From Candidatus Saccharimonadota bacterium (GTDB taxonomy: Bacteria; Patescibacteriota; Patescibacteriia; 2-12-FULL-60-25): 32,000 bases of DNA. A model generated the notes under the pieces. The model saw only the letters and a program-made list of their open reading frames with translations. It ran no database searches and was not told the DNA's origin. The translations under genes and the position numbers were made by a program. Of the stretch, positions 8,349 through 17,838 are shown one piece after another. The stretch covers positions 300,001 to 332,000 of the forward strand of contig JALHOH010000002.1 in assembly GCA_022843095.1 (NCBI GenBank), given 5' to 3'. Numbering within the stretch: the first letter of the stretch is position 1; each line of letters opens with the position of its first letter.

Positions 8349-8371
8349 ACGACTCGCTTCCGGCGAGTCGT
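8349..8371 (+). other. 9-bp stem-loop between ORF 7899-8342 and the next promoter
   Basis: ACGACTCGCttccgGCGAGTCGT. No T-run follows, so it is at best a weak terminator or RNA-stability element. Confidence 0.35.
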
Positions 8372-8379
8372 CTGCGTTA

Positions 8380-8388
8380 TGGTATACT
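8380..8388 (+). promoter_or_regulatory. Extended -10 TGgTATACT, 6 nt upstream of the ATG at 8395
   Basis: Sequence reads gttaTGGTATACTtcttccATG. The 11-mer tggtatacttc is identical to the one at 16899. Confidence 0.65.
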
Positions 8389-8394
8389 TCTTCC

Positions 8395-9738
8395 ATGGCG
8401 CCTTCGCACAAACATCGGAATGCTTGGATCGTTTCGGTGAACATGGGATATGGCCACGAACGGGCGGCATTTGGATTGGAAGATTTGGCACATGGCGGGA
8501 TTTTGACCGCAAATGACTACCCCGGCATTCCCGAAGAAGATAAGCGTTTGTGGGCACAAACACGCGGGTTATACGAAACGATCTCTCGACTTCGTCCGGT
8601 TCCGGGCGTTGGACCGCTTTTGTTTGGAGCCATGGATCACTTCCAACAAATCCCCGCCTTTTATCCGCGGCGTGACTTGTCGCACCCGAACCTCCAATTA
8701 CGCCAGATCTACCGACTGATCGAGCAAAAAGGACTTGGACGCCATCTGGTGGAAACCCTTGCTGCAAAAAAACACCTTCCGTTCATCTCCACGTTTTTTA
8801 TCCCCGCATTTGCGGCAGAGGTCCATGGATATCCAGGAGAGATCTTTCTTGTCTGCTGCGACGCGGATGTCTCTCGAACGTGGGCGCCACGCGATCCCAA
8901 AAAAAGCCGCATCAACTACTTTGCCCCGAACGGCCGCGTGGTCGAACGGTTAAAACTCTACGGCGTTCCTTCTGAACGCATCTTTTTAACGGGGTTCCCC
9001 CTTCCGAAAGCGATGATCGGCGGCCCAGAATCGACGATCGTCAAAAAGGACCTGGCGTCGCGGATCTGCAACCTGGATCCGCAAGGAATTTTTATCTCAA
9101 AGTATCACGAAACACTTACCCAAACACTGGGTCCTACGCTGTGTAAATTCAAACCAACCCACCCGTTGACCCTTACGTTTACCGTCGGTGGCGCGGGTGC
9201 GCAAAAAGAACTTGGCATCACCGCGATGCGGAGTTTAAAAAAGCGCATTCTCTCCGGACAATTGCGGATGCAATTCGAAGCAGGCACACGTCGAGAAGTC
9301 GCAATCGATTTTTTGGACGCAGCCAATCGATTCGGCCTCAAGCGCGCCCTCGGTAAAACGCTGAACGTCAACGTGTATCGCTCCCGTGCTGAGTACTTTC
9401 GCAGCTTTGCCAAAACCCTCCGCACCACGGATGTGCTGTGGACCAAGCCCAGCGAACTTTCGTTTTACACCGGTCTCGGGATCCCCATTATCATCGCGCC
9501 ACCAATCGGATCACAGGAAGAATTTAACAAGCTGTGGCTCATGACCGTGAACGGAGGGATTCCGCAAAACGATCCGGAATACACGGACGAATGGCTGTTT
9601 GATTATATCGCCTCCGGTGGATTGGCTCGGTTTGCCTGGAATGGCTTTATCGAAGCGCCGACACACGGCACCTATCGCATCGAACACCTCATGACCGGCG
9701 AACCAACGCCGCTCGCAGAACTCCCCCTTATCGTCTAG
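8395..9738 (+). CDS. GT-B-fold glycosyltransferase-like protein (MGDG-synthase/MurG-like, GT28-like), 447 aa
   Basis: N-terminal VNMGYGHERAA and C-terminal FYTGLGIPIIIAPPIGSQEEFN resemble the GGGH-type N-terminus and GQE..N C-terminus of GT28 enzymes. Start is trimmed from 8110, because the upstream 95 codons overlap ORF 7899-8342 in another frame. Confidence 0.5.
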   Translation: MAPSHKHRNAWIVSVNMGYGHERAAFGLEDLAHGGILTANDYPGIPEEDKRLWAQTRGLYETISRLRPVPGVGPLLFGAMDHFQQIPAFYPRRDLSHPNLQLRQIYRLIEQKGLGRHLVETLAAKKHLPFISTFFIPAFAAEVHGYPGEIFLVCCDADVSRTWAPRDPKKSRINYFAPNGRVVERLKLYGVPSERIFLTGFPLPKAMIGGPESTIVKKDLASRICNLDPQGIFISKYHETLTQTLGPTLCKFKPTHPLTLTFTVGGAGAQKELGITAMRSLKKRILSGQLRMQFEAGTRREVAIDFLDAANRFGLKRALGKTLNVNVYRSRAEYFRSFAKTLRTTDVLWTKPSELSFYTGLGIPIIIAPPIGSQEEFNKLWLMTVNGGIPQNDPEYTDEWLFDYIASGGLARFAWNGFIEAPTHGTYRIEHLMTGEPTPLAELPLIV

Positions 9739-9742
9739 CGCT

Positions 9743-10798
9743 ATGCCCTCCCCTCGCCGCCTGATTGACCCGCTTTTCCTTGCTGCTGCCAAGGGAAACG
9801 CGTCAGATGTCCACCTGATCGCCGGATTGCGTCCCACCATGCGCGTGGACGGCGAACTCATCCCATTCGGTCAGACAAAGCCCCTCAAAGGTGAGGACAT
9901 CGAAGCCCTGATCGAAGGGATGTTGCTGAAAGAAGCGTTTGCGGAATTTTTGGACGTCCACGAAAAAGATTTGGGCTATCAAACTCCGGACGGCACGCGG
10001 TTCCGTGTAAACCTGTATTGGGAAAAAGGGGCGCCCGCGCTTGCAGCACGTCTCATTCCCGCCGAGATCCCCACCATGGAAGCGCTGGGCAGTCCAGAAG
10101 TCCTCTTTCAATTCACCGAGCTGTCTCAGGGACTCGTGCTCGTGACTGGACCAACGGGTTGTGGAAAATCCACGACGCTCGCCGCCATGATCCAGCACAT
10201 CAATCAAACACGAAGCGAGAATATCATTACCTTGGAAGATCCGATCGAATTTTTGTACACCCCGGATAAATCCCTGATCTCGCAACGGCAATTAGGGACG
10301 GACATGCACACGTTCGCCGCCGGGATGAAACACATCCTGCGCCAAGATCCAAACGTGATTCTGGTCGGCGAAATGCGCGATCCCGAGACTATTGCAACTA
10401 CGATCACGCTCGCAGAAACCGGACACTTGGTGTTTGCGACACTGCACACGAACAGCGCCGCACAAACGATCGATCGTATCATCGACGTATTTCCCCCGCA
10501 CCAGCAAAGCCAAATTCGCCTGCAGCTCTCCCTTGTTTTGCAGGGCGTGGTGTCGCAACTTCTCCTTCCAAAAGTCGGCGGTGGACGCATTGCGGCACGT
10601 GAAATCCTGGTCCAAACAACCGCGATTGCAAACCTCATCCGCGAGGCAAAAACGGCGCAAGTAGGCGCTTATCTCCAAACCAACAAAGCGTTTGGGATGC
10701 AGACGCTGGATCAGGACTTGCAACGGTTGCTGCAAGAGGGATTGATCGATCAAGAAACGGCGTCCTTCTACGCACGCAACCCAAAAATGTTCGCCTAA
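9743..10798 (+). CDS. pilT: Type IV pilus retraction (twitching motility) ATPase PilT
   Basis: Walker A GPTGCGKSTT, LRQDPNVILVGEMRD and GHLVFATLHTNSAAQTIDRIIDVFP. Length is 351 aa. Confidence 0.9.
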   Translation: MPSPRRLIDPLFLAAAKGNASDVHLIAGLRPTMRVDGELIPFGQTKPLKGEDIEALIEGMLLKEAFAEFLDVHEKDLGYQTPDGTRFRVNLYWEKGAPALAARLIPAEIPTMEALGSPEVLFQFTELSQGLVLVTGPTGCGKSTTLAAMIQHINQTRSENIITLEDPIEFLYTPDKSLISQRQLGTDMHTFAAGMKHILRQDPNVILVGEMRDPETIATTITLAETGHLVFATLHTNSAAQTIDRIIDVFPPHQQSQIRLQLSLVLQGVVSQLLLPKVGGGRIAAREILVQTTAIANLIREAKTAQVGAYLQTNKAFGMQTLDQDLQRLLQEGLIDQETASFYARNPKMFA

Positions 10799-11043
10799 AA
10801 CCCCGTATCCACAACGGAAATGTGGGTCAACTGATCCACGATGCTGGCAATGTTTGCCGGACGATCATACGTGGGGGAAAACATCCAAATCCCGACCGCC
10901 GCAAGGGCGTAGAGCACAAAAAAACCTCCAACTACTCGGTATAACACCTTTTCATCCTCGAGCATGTCTTTGTAGACGGAATTCAAAACATACGCGGCCA
11001 AAAGCACCACGAAGGCAATCAGGATCTCCCAGGGAAATGACAT
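10795..11043 (-). CDS. Small two-TM membrane protein (hypothetical, 82 aa)
   Basis: ATG-initiated part of the track ORF: MSFPWEILIAFVVLLAAYVL...GGFFVLYALAAVGIWMF. It has only a weak -10 (TTCACT) 6 nt upstream. Confidence 0.4.
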   Translation of the reverse strand: MSFPWEILIAFVVLLAAYVLNSVYKDMLEDEKVLYRVVGGFFVLYALAAVGIWMFSPTYDRPANIASIVDQLTHISVVDTGF

Positions 11044-11089
11044 GCTGACAGTGAAACGGATTTTGCCGGAGCTGACAAGGAGGAAAATC

Positions 11090-11118
11090 AAATACCCAGG
11101 CTATTGACCTGGGTATTT
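11090..11118 (-). terminator. Hairpin downstream of tRNA-Val
   Basis: AAATACCCAGGctattgaCCTGGGTATTT is an 11-bp stem. On the minus strand it is followed by gatttt. Confidence 0.6.
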
Positions 11119-11121
11119 ATG

Positions 11122-11198
<77 letters not shown>

Positions 11199-11208
11199 AA
11201 GCGGGAAA

Positions 11209-11238
11209 ATCCTACCCCACACGCCCAGCGGTTGGCAA
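11209..11238 (-). promoter_or_regulatory. Promoter for tRNA-Val: -35 TTGCCA, 18-nt spacer, -10 TAGGAT
   Basis: Minus strand reads cTTGCCAaccgctgggcgtgtggggTAGGATtttcccgctt followed by the tRNA 5' end. Confidence 0.55.
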
Positions 11239-11256
11239 GATCCCAATCCGCTACGG

Positions 11257-11262
11257 TACGAT
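11257..11262 (+). promoter_or_regulatory. -10 TACGAT, 6 nt upstream of the prmC ATG at 11269
   Basis: Sequence reads cggTACGATagggatATG. The same TACGATA-N5-ATG arrangement occurs at 14278 and 22906. Confidence 0.55.
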
Positions 11263-11268
11263 AGGGAT

Positions 11269-12186
11269 ATGAACACGCGCCCCACGATCAAATACCTGTT
11301 ACAAGATGCCGCAAAAACGCTGGCCCGTGTCGCCACGCTTCCCGGGCAAGCCTGGGTAGAGGCGGAGTTACTGGTGGCGCATGCCTGCAAAAAAGACCGA
11401 GCCTTTGTGCTTGCGCATGGGGATGACCCCCTTCCGGTCACGCAAACTCGGACGCTTCGGACGCTGGTTGCACGCCGTCTTGCGCAGGAGCCGATGGCCT
11501 ATGTACTGCAGCGCGCTGAATTCCTGGGACGTTCTTTTTTTGTGGACAAACGAGTACTGATCCCGCGTCCGGAAACAGAACTTCTGGTTCGTGCCACCCT
11601 GGACCTTGCCAGCCAGAAACGCGCGCCGCGTACGGTGCTCGAAATTGGAACGGGATCCGGGGCGATCGCTATCACGCTCAAAGCACGGTTTCCAAAAGAC
11701 GCGGTTCTCGCGACCGACCTGTCACCTACCGCACTTACGGTCGCCAAAAAGAACGCGCGCGCCCTCCTCCCAAACACTCCGCCCGCTTTTTTGCGCGCGC
11801 ATCTTCTGGATGCGACCGTCTTGCGTGCCCTCAACAAATACCCGCATCCGCTGGTTGTCGTGGCGAACCTTCCCTATCTCCCCTTTTCCGATAAAAAACG
11901 CCTCGAAAAAAGCGTCACCCAATTTGAACCCTCCACGGCGTTATTCGCAAAAAAAGAAGGGCTCGCGCTAAACGAAGCCCTTCTCGCCCAATGCGCCACC
12001 CTTCGCGCGACCGGTCACCCGCTCCACGCCATCGCCTTGGAATATGATCCGCCGCAAACATCCACCTTGCGCGCCTACGCGCAACGCCTGTTTCCAGATG
12101 CGGCGATCAAAATCCTTCAAGATGACTGCGGACGAGATCGCGTGCTGACCCTTACAATCCCGCAAACGTCTTATCGTCGGTCGTGA
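11269..12186 (+). CDS. prmC: Release-factor glutamine N5-methyltransferase PrmC/HemK
   Basis: SAM-binding motif LEIGTGSGAIAI and catalytic VVANLPYLP (an NPPY variant). Length and architecture are typical. Confidence 0.85.
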   Translation: MNTRPTIKYLLQDAAKTLARVATLPGQAWVEAELLVAHACKKDRAFVLAHGDDPLPVTQTRTLRTLVARRLAQEPMAYVLQRAEFLGRSFFVDKRVLIPRPETELLVRATLDLASQKRAPRTVLEIGTGSGAIAITLKARFPKDAVLATDLSPTALTVAKKNARALLPNTPPAFLRAHLLDATVLRALNKYPHPLVVVANLPYLPFSDKKRLEKSVTQFEPSTALFAKKEGLALNEALLAQCATLRATGHPLHAIALEYDPPQTSTLRAYAQRLFPDAAIKILQDDCGRDRVLTLTIPQTSYRRS

Positions 12187-13201
12187 TGTGAATCCACGTC
12201 TTGCCCGGAATAGGCAAGAACTCAACACCGTCTGATCCCTCAAAACGGATGGGCTCATTCGCCCCACGACGCCAGCGAAGAATGTGTTTTTGCCCCAAGC
12301 GATATCCTACTACTTCCCCGCTTCCGGTGGTCCGAATCTTCAGGCGACCGATATCATCCAACACCTGCTGTTCCGTCTTGAGCACAAATACATTTTCAGC
12401 CACCACCTGAGACCCATCCTTGTCCTTCTGCAATTTTCCGGCCTGACTACGCACGTAGCGGCCGGCGGACGCATCATATGCCCAGGACACGTTATACGAG
12501 CCTCCATACGTCACCCGGAAGGTGGAGGTCGCCGTACTCGTGGTGTAATGCTCCAAGACATGCCACGCAACGGGCGCTGTCCCGGAAACACGCGCAAGAT
12601 CCGACACCGCAAGCTGCATGCGCTCTTGATCGGTGTAGGTGTTGTGCGGTGCACCACGGGAGGTGGAGCGCCAAAAATACTGCCCACGCCCCATTTCATC
12701 AACATTGATAAACGACGCACCGGCACCCCCAATCTTCGCCAAGGCCTCTGGACTTCCACCGACGTGGAAATAGGCCGCACGCCACCCTAGCGCCCAGTCC
12801 ACATAGTACGGACGCGCGCTACGAATCGGCCCCACTTCTTCGACCGATGTCATCGGATCAAAGAGCAGCATAAACCGGGTAATCCCCCCTTCGACGGGCG
12901 CTTCAATCACGACGTTCGCTTTGGATACGCCGGACAACGGGCGCGCTTCCGGATGGTTTTCGACCATCACGGCAAACGGTGCAAGCGCAGACTGCGCCTC
13001 CGGTACGAGCACGCCATCCAACCGACGCGGCACGCGGGAAACGGGTTCCGTCGAGGTCGTCTGCGACACCGGTTCTTGTGGGAGCGGTGTGTCACGACGC
13101 GCCTTCCCGCTGATAATCCAGAAAAAAATCGCGCCACACACCGCTAACACAAAAACCGCCCCAATCGCATATGGCAACCAAGGCAGTTTTCGGATCTCCA
13201 T
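12152..13201 (-). CDS. DUF3048 domain protein (YerB-like, membrane-anchored)
   Basis: N-terminal TM followed by PFAVMVENHPEARPLSGVSKANVVIEAPVEGGITRFMLLFD, which is characteristic of DUF3048. Confidence 0.75.
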   Translation of the reverse strand: MEIRKLPWLPYAIGAVFVLAVCGAIFFWIISGKARRDTPLPQEPVSQTTSTEPVSRVPRRLDGVLVPEAQSALAPFAVMVENHPEARPLSGVSKANVVIEAPVEGGITRFMLLFDPMTSVEEVGPIRSARPYYVDWALGWRAAYFHVGGSPEALAKIGGAGASFINVDEMGRGQYFWRSTSRGAPHNTYTDQERMQLAVSDLARVSGTAPVAWHVLEHYTTSTATSTFRVTYGGSYNVSWAYDASAGRYVRSQAGKLQKDKDGSQVVAENVFVLKTEQQVLDDIGRLKIRTTGSGEVVGYRLGQKHILRWRRGANEPIRFEGSDGVEFLPIPGKTWIHITTDDKTFAGL

Positions 13202-13219
13202 AGAGAGATGTAGTCGTTG

Positions 13220-13909
13220 TTATTTGGAAGCTTCTTTGGCCGCTTCCTCTTCTGCCGCCTTCGCAGCTTCGGCCGCCTTCTTTTCTTCGCCTTCCGTCTT
13301 CACCTGGCTCACGTCGCCGAGACTGGATTCTTCCAACTTCTTCAGTTCTTCTTCCGTCAGCGGACGTGCAACGGTCGCGATGATGTTCTCCAAGTCCCCT
13401 TCTGCCGAGACACCTTCCGGAAGCTTCAGGCTTCCAACCGTGATCGCGTCTTCGAAGGTGTTCAACACCGACAGATCGACGACGATTTCCGGCGGCAAGT
13501 TTGCCGGGAGACAACGGATTTCCAATTCGTCCATGCTCTTCACGAGCGTCCCGCCATCCTGCTTCATCGCCTTGGATTCCCCCGTAAAGACGAGCGGGAT
13601 CTTGGCCGTCATCTCCTTGTCCATGCGGATCTGGTGCAAATCGATGTGCATCGGTTCCATGGACAGGTGATCTGCCTGCACTTCTTTAATAACCACCTTC
13701 ACCGGCGAGGCGCCGTCGACCGCAAGATCAATAAGACTCGAGAAACCTGCCTTGCGAAACACGCGCACAAATTCGCCGCGCGGGATGGAAACCGCCTTCG
13801 GTTCCGCACCCTGCCCGTACACAATCGCCGGGATTTTGTCCGCGGCGCGTTCTTTCTTGGCCTGACGGCCTTTGTTTTCGCGCATTTGCGCGGTCATCGC
13901 GTAGGTCAT
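13220..13909 (-). CDS. rplY: 50S ribosomal protein L25 / general stress protein Ctc
   Basis: RENKGRQAKKERAADKIPAIVYG... and two beta-barrel domains typical of long-form L25, followed by an Ala/Glu/Lys-rich tail. The start could instead be the ATG at 13897. Confidence 0.9.
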   Translation of the reverse strand: MTYAMTAQMRENKGRQAKKERAADKIPAIVYGQGAEPKAVSIPRGEFVRVFRKAGFSSLIDLAVDGASPVKVVIKEVQADHLSMEPMHIDLHQIRMDKEMTAKIPLVFTGESKAMKQDGGTLVKSMDELEIRCLPANLPPEIVVDLSVLNTFEDAITVGSLKLPEGVSAEGDLENIIATVARPLTEEELKKLEESSLGDVSQVKTEGEEKKAAEAAKAAEEEAAKEASK

Positions 13910-13954
13910 ACGTAGGAAAAAGCTACCCGAGCTTACGGAAACGGGAAGGATCCG

Positions 13955-14278
13955 TCAAGGTCGAAGGACGGCTTGGCACAAGGCGAAGCTACGTTCTTCT
14001 AAATCCCCATGGGCCGCGATGCAAAAATCCGGGCCGATTGGGGGCATTTCTCGAAAACGCTCTGCGTCCGCCGCCGACTGATCCGTCACCATCCCTACCG
14101 AGCTCACCATCCCAGATGCCTCCAGAACGACGGCTAACATAGCATTCCCACACGAAGCGCACGCGCAATGAAACAGCCGAGATGTCCCCAGGTCTTCGAT
14201 GAGCCGAATATCCGTATCCCCATATTTCTCGGAACACAGGGGGCATTGGGTCAAAATCCGTGAAGAGGCGTCGTGCAT
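13955..14278 (-). CDS. Small Cys-rich (zinc-ribbon-like) hypothetical protein, 107 aa
   Basis: CPLC...(22 aa)...HCACASC arrangement. It has its own TACGAT-6-ATG promoter. Confidence 0.5.
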   Translation of the reverse strand: MHDASSRILTQCPLCSEKYGDTDIRLIEDLGTSRLFHCACASCGNAMLAVVLEASGMVSSVGMVTDQSAADAERFREMPPIGPDFCIAAHGDLEERSFALCQAVLRP

Positions 14279-14284
14279 AGTTCT

Positions 14285-14290
14285 ATCGTA
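14285..14290 (-). promoter_or_regulatory. -10 TACGAT, 6 nt upstream of the ATG at 14278
   Basis: Minus strand reads ggttTACGATagaactATG, placed in the 18-nt gap after the upstream stop. Confidence 0.55.
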
Positions 14291-14296
14291 AACCTG

Positions 14297-14719
14297 CTAC
14301 GGCAAGAGGAGCAAGCGGACCACCTCCGCACTCCAGGGATGGATCAAATAGATAAACACCATCGCCAACATCCCCCAGACACCCACATGATACAGATCCG
14401 TGTACCCCGCGAGCCATCCCTGTTCATTCCCGTAGGACCACAGTCGTTTTTTAAACAAGAATGTGGACAGATGACCGCTCGCCCATTCAAACCCGGCAAG
14501 GAGCAGTCCAAACGCCAATGCTTGGGCCAACATCCCGTATTCCGCAAACAACGGCGCAATCCCCAAAATTAAAAACGCTCCAAACGCGTACACCGGCGAA
14601 AACGGAATCGGCTTCAACGCATTCCCCATGGTAAAAAATCCGGAGGTAATGGAACGATAGCCGGAATCGATCCCCCATCCCAGTACGCCATACAACACAA
14701 ACAACAAAAGCGTCTCCAT
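14297..14719 (-). CDS. Four-TM membrane protein, PF06541-like (putative ABC-transporter type IV family)
   Basis: LYGVLGWGIDSGY...PVYAFGA...GFEWASGHLSTFLFKKRLWSYG...GYTDLYHVGVWGML follows the family pattern as I recall it (E..tg.l.e..f....WdYs....G.i.l..s..Wg). Confidence 0.55.
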   Translation of the reverse strand: METLLLFVLYGVLGWGIDSGYRSITSGFFTMGNALKPIPFSPVYAFGAFLILGIAPLFAEYGMLAQALAFGLLLAGFEWASGHLSTFLFKKRLWSYGNEQGWLAGYTDLYHVGVWGMLAMVFIYLIHPWSAEVVRLLLLP

Positions 14720-14725
14720 ACCCGT

Positions 14726-14734
14726 ATCATACCA
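14726..14734 (-). promoter_or_regulatory. Extended -10 TGgTATGAT, 6 nt upstream of the ATG at 14719
   Basis: Minus strand reads tttTGGTATGATacgggtATG. The TG overlaps the U-tract of the gyrB terminator. Confidence 0.65.
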
Positions 14735-14764
14735 AAAACCGGCGTTCGATGGGCGCCGGTTTTT
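14734..14764 (-). terminator. Rho-independent terminator of gyrB
   Basis: Minus strand reads aaaaaCCGGCGcccatcgaaCGCCGGttttt, 10 nt after the gyrB stop. Confidence 0.8.
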
Positions 14765-14773
14765 GTTCTTCGT

Positions 14774-16873
<2,100 letters not shown>

Positions 16874-16898
16874 TCAAGGGGAAAACATCCTTCGCATG

Positions 16899-16907
16899 TG
16901 GTATACT
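16899..16907 (+). promoter_or_regulatory. Extended -10 TGgTATACT, 8 nt upstream of the ATG at 16916
   Basis: Sequence reads gcatgTGGTATACTtcccgcacATG. Confidence 0.6.
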
Positions 16908-16915
16908 TCCCGCAC

Positions 16916-17797
16916 ATGCCAGATTATGTGATCGGCTCCGGTCTCACGGAGAATCAGCTGAAAGCGGCGTCGTTTTGGGTTCGGCACCGCATCGGTCTTC
17001 GCCGATTGGGGTACGCGTCGCTCATCACGCTCACAAGTGGGCTTTGGCTGTTTAATCTCTGGCATCTGCTGGATGCCTACGCGATTTCCTATCCCAGAGA
17101 ATCACGCATTCCTGCGCTCATTTTGCAGAATCAGCTCACCATGGCGAGTTTTGAGTCGGCCATGCCACAACCGGTCATTCCCTCGAACGTCTCTATTTTT
17201 GCGAACACGGATGGTCGGCAGGATTTTTTAACGGAACTCGTCAATCCAAACGCCGATTGGTGGGCGGAATTTACCTACGCATTTGATACTGGCACTGGAA
17301 AAACACCCGGTCGCAACGGCTTCATCCTCCCCGATGGTCGCGCTGTGTTGACGCAGCTCGGCTGGAAAGGCGATGCCCCGGCAACCGCCGCAACGCTCAG
17401 CATCGATCAGGTTCGCTGGCACCGCGTGGATCCGCTCGCCGTCGATCGGAGTTATCCGCAGTTTCAGCAAACGCGATTAAACATGGAGATCAAAGACGTC
17501 ACCTACCGCACCGACGTTCAAATTGATTCCAAACCGATCGGCCAAACGCAGTTTACCCTGACCAATCACAGCGGCTACGGGTTCTGGAATCTGGATCTCG
17601 CCGTCATCCTGTATCGCGCCGAAACGCCGGTGGCCACAACGCGCATCACGCTCGCCGAAGTACGCCCTGGCGAAACGCGTCCCGTCACCGTGAACTGGCC
17701 CGATCAGCCCAGTGGCATCTCGCGCACCGAAATTGTCCCACAGGTCAACATCCTCGATCCAAAAACGTTCTTGCCGTCATCGCGCCTCACGCCGTAA
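16916..17797 (+). CDS. Hypothetical membrane-anchored protein, 293 aa, divergent from gyrB
   Basis: Start trimmed to MPDYVIGSG (M31 of the track ORF). It has a single TM (LGYASLITLTSGLWLFNLWHLL) and then a beta-rich extracytoplasmic region. No family recognised. Confidence 0.55.
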   Translation: MPDYVIGSGLTENQLKAASFWVRHRIGLRRLGYASLITLTSGLWLFNLWHLLDAYAISYPRESRIPALILQNQLTMASFESAMPQPVIPSNVSIFANTDGRQDFLTELVNPNADWWAEFTYAFDTGTGKTPGRNGFILPDGRAVLTQLGWKGDAPATAATLSIDQVRWHRVDPLAVDRSYPQFQQTRLNMEIKDVTYRTDVQIDSKPIGQTQFTLTNHSGYGFWNLDLAVILYRAETPVATTRITLAEVRPGETRPVTVNWPDQPSGISRTEIVPQVNILDPKTFLPSSRLTP

Positions 17798-17813
17798 CTG
17801 GAACATGTTGCGA

Positions 17814-17838
17814 CCTGCATGCTAGCGTTCCTGCATGC
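17814..17838 (+). repeat. Two direct copies of CCTGCATGC (17814-17822 and 17830-17838) bracketing the ftsW -10 box and start codon
   Basis: Sequence reads gaCCTGCATGCtagcgttCCTGCATGCga. Each copy contains the palindrome GCATGC. Confidence 0.6.
17820..17828 (+). promoter_or_regulatory. Extended -10 TGcTAGCGT, 6 nt upstream of the ftsW ATG at 17835
   Basis: Sequence reads caTGCTAGCGTtcctgcATG. Confidence 0.5.

Noticed and set aside
8110-8394. 95-codon N-terminal extension of the GT28-like ORF (Lys/Arg/Thr-rich)
   Set aside because: It overlaps ORF 7899-8342 in another frame, and a hairpin plus the TGgTATACT promoter lie within it. The conserved GYGH N-terminus follows the ATG at 8395.
13217-13915. 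232-aa plus-strand ORF exactly mirroring the L25 gene, and the 249-aa ORF at 12921-13670
   Set aside because: The minus-strand frame gives a clear L25/Ctc sequence (KIPAIVYG...) and a DUF3048 protein. The plus-strand products are repetitive Phe/Arg/Ser-rich shadows.
13955-14278. Cys-rich 107-aa protein as a possible antitoxin or regulator paired with the upstream membrane protein
   Set aside because: The two genes have separate promoters and no recognisable TA, HTH or toxin motifs. There is not enough evidence for more than a hypothetical zinc-ribbon call.
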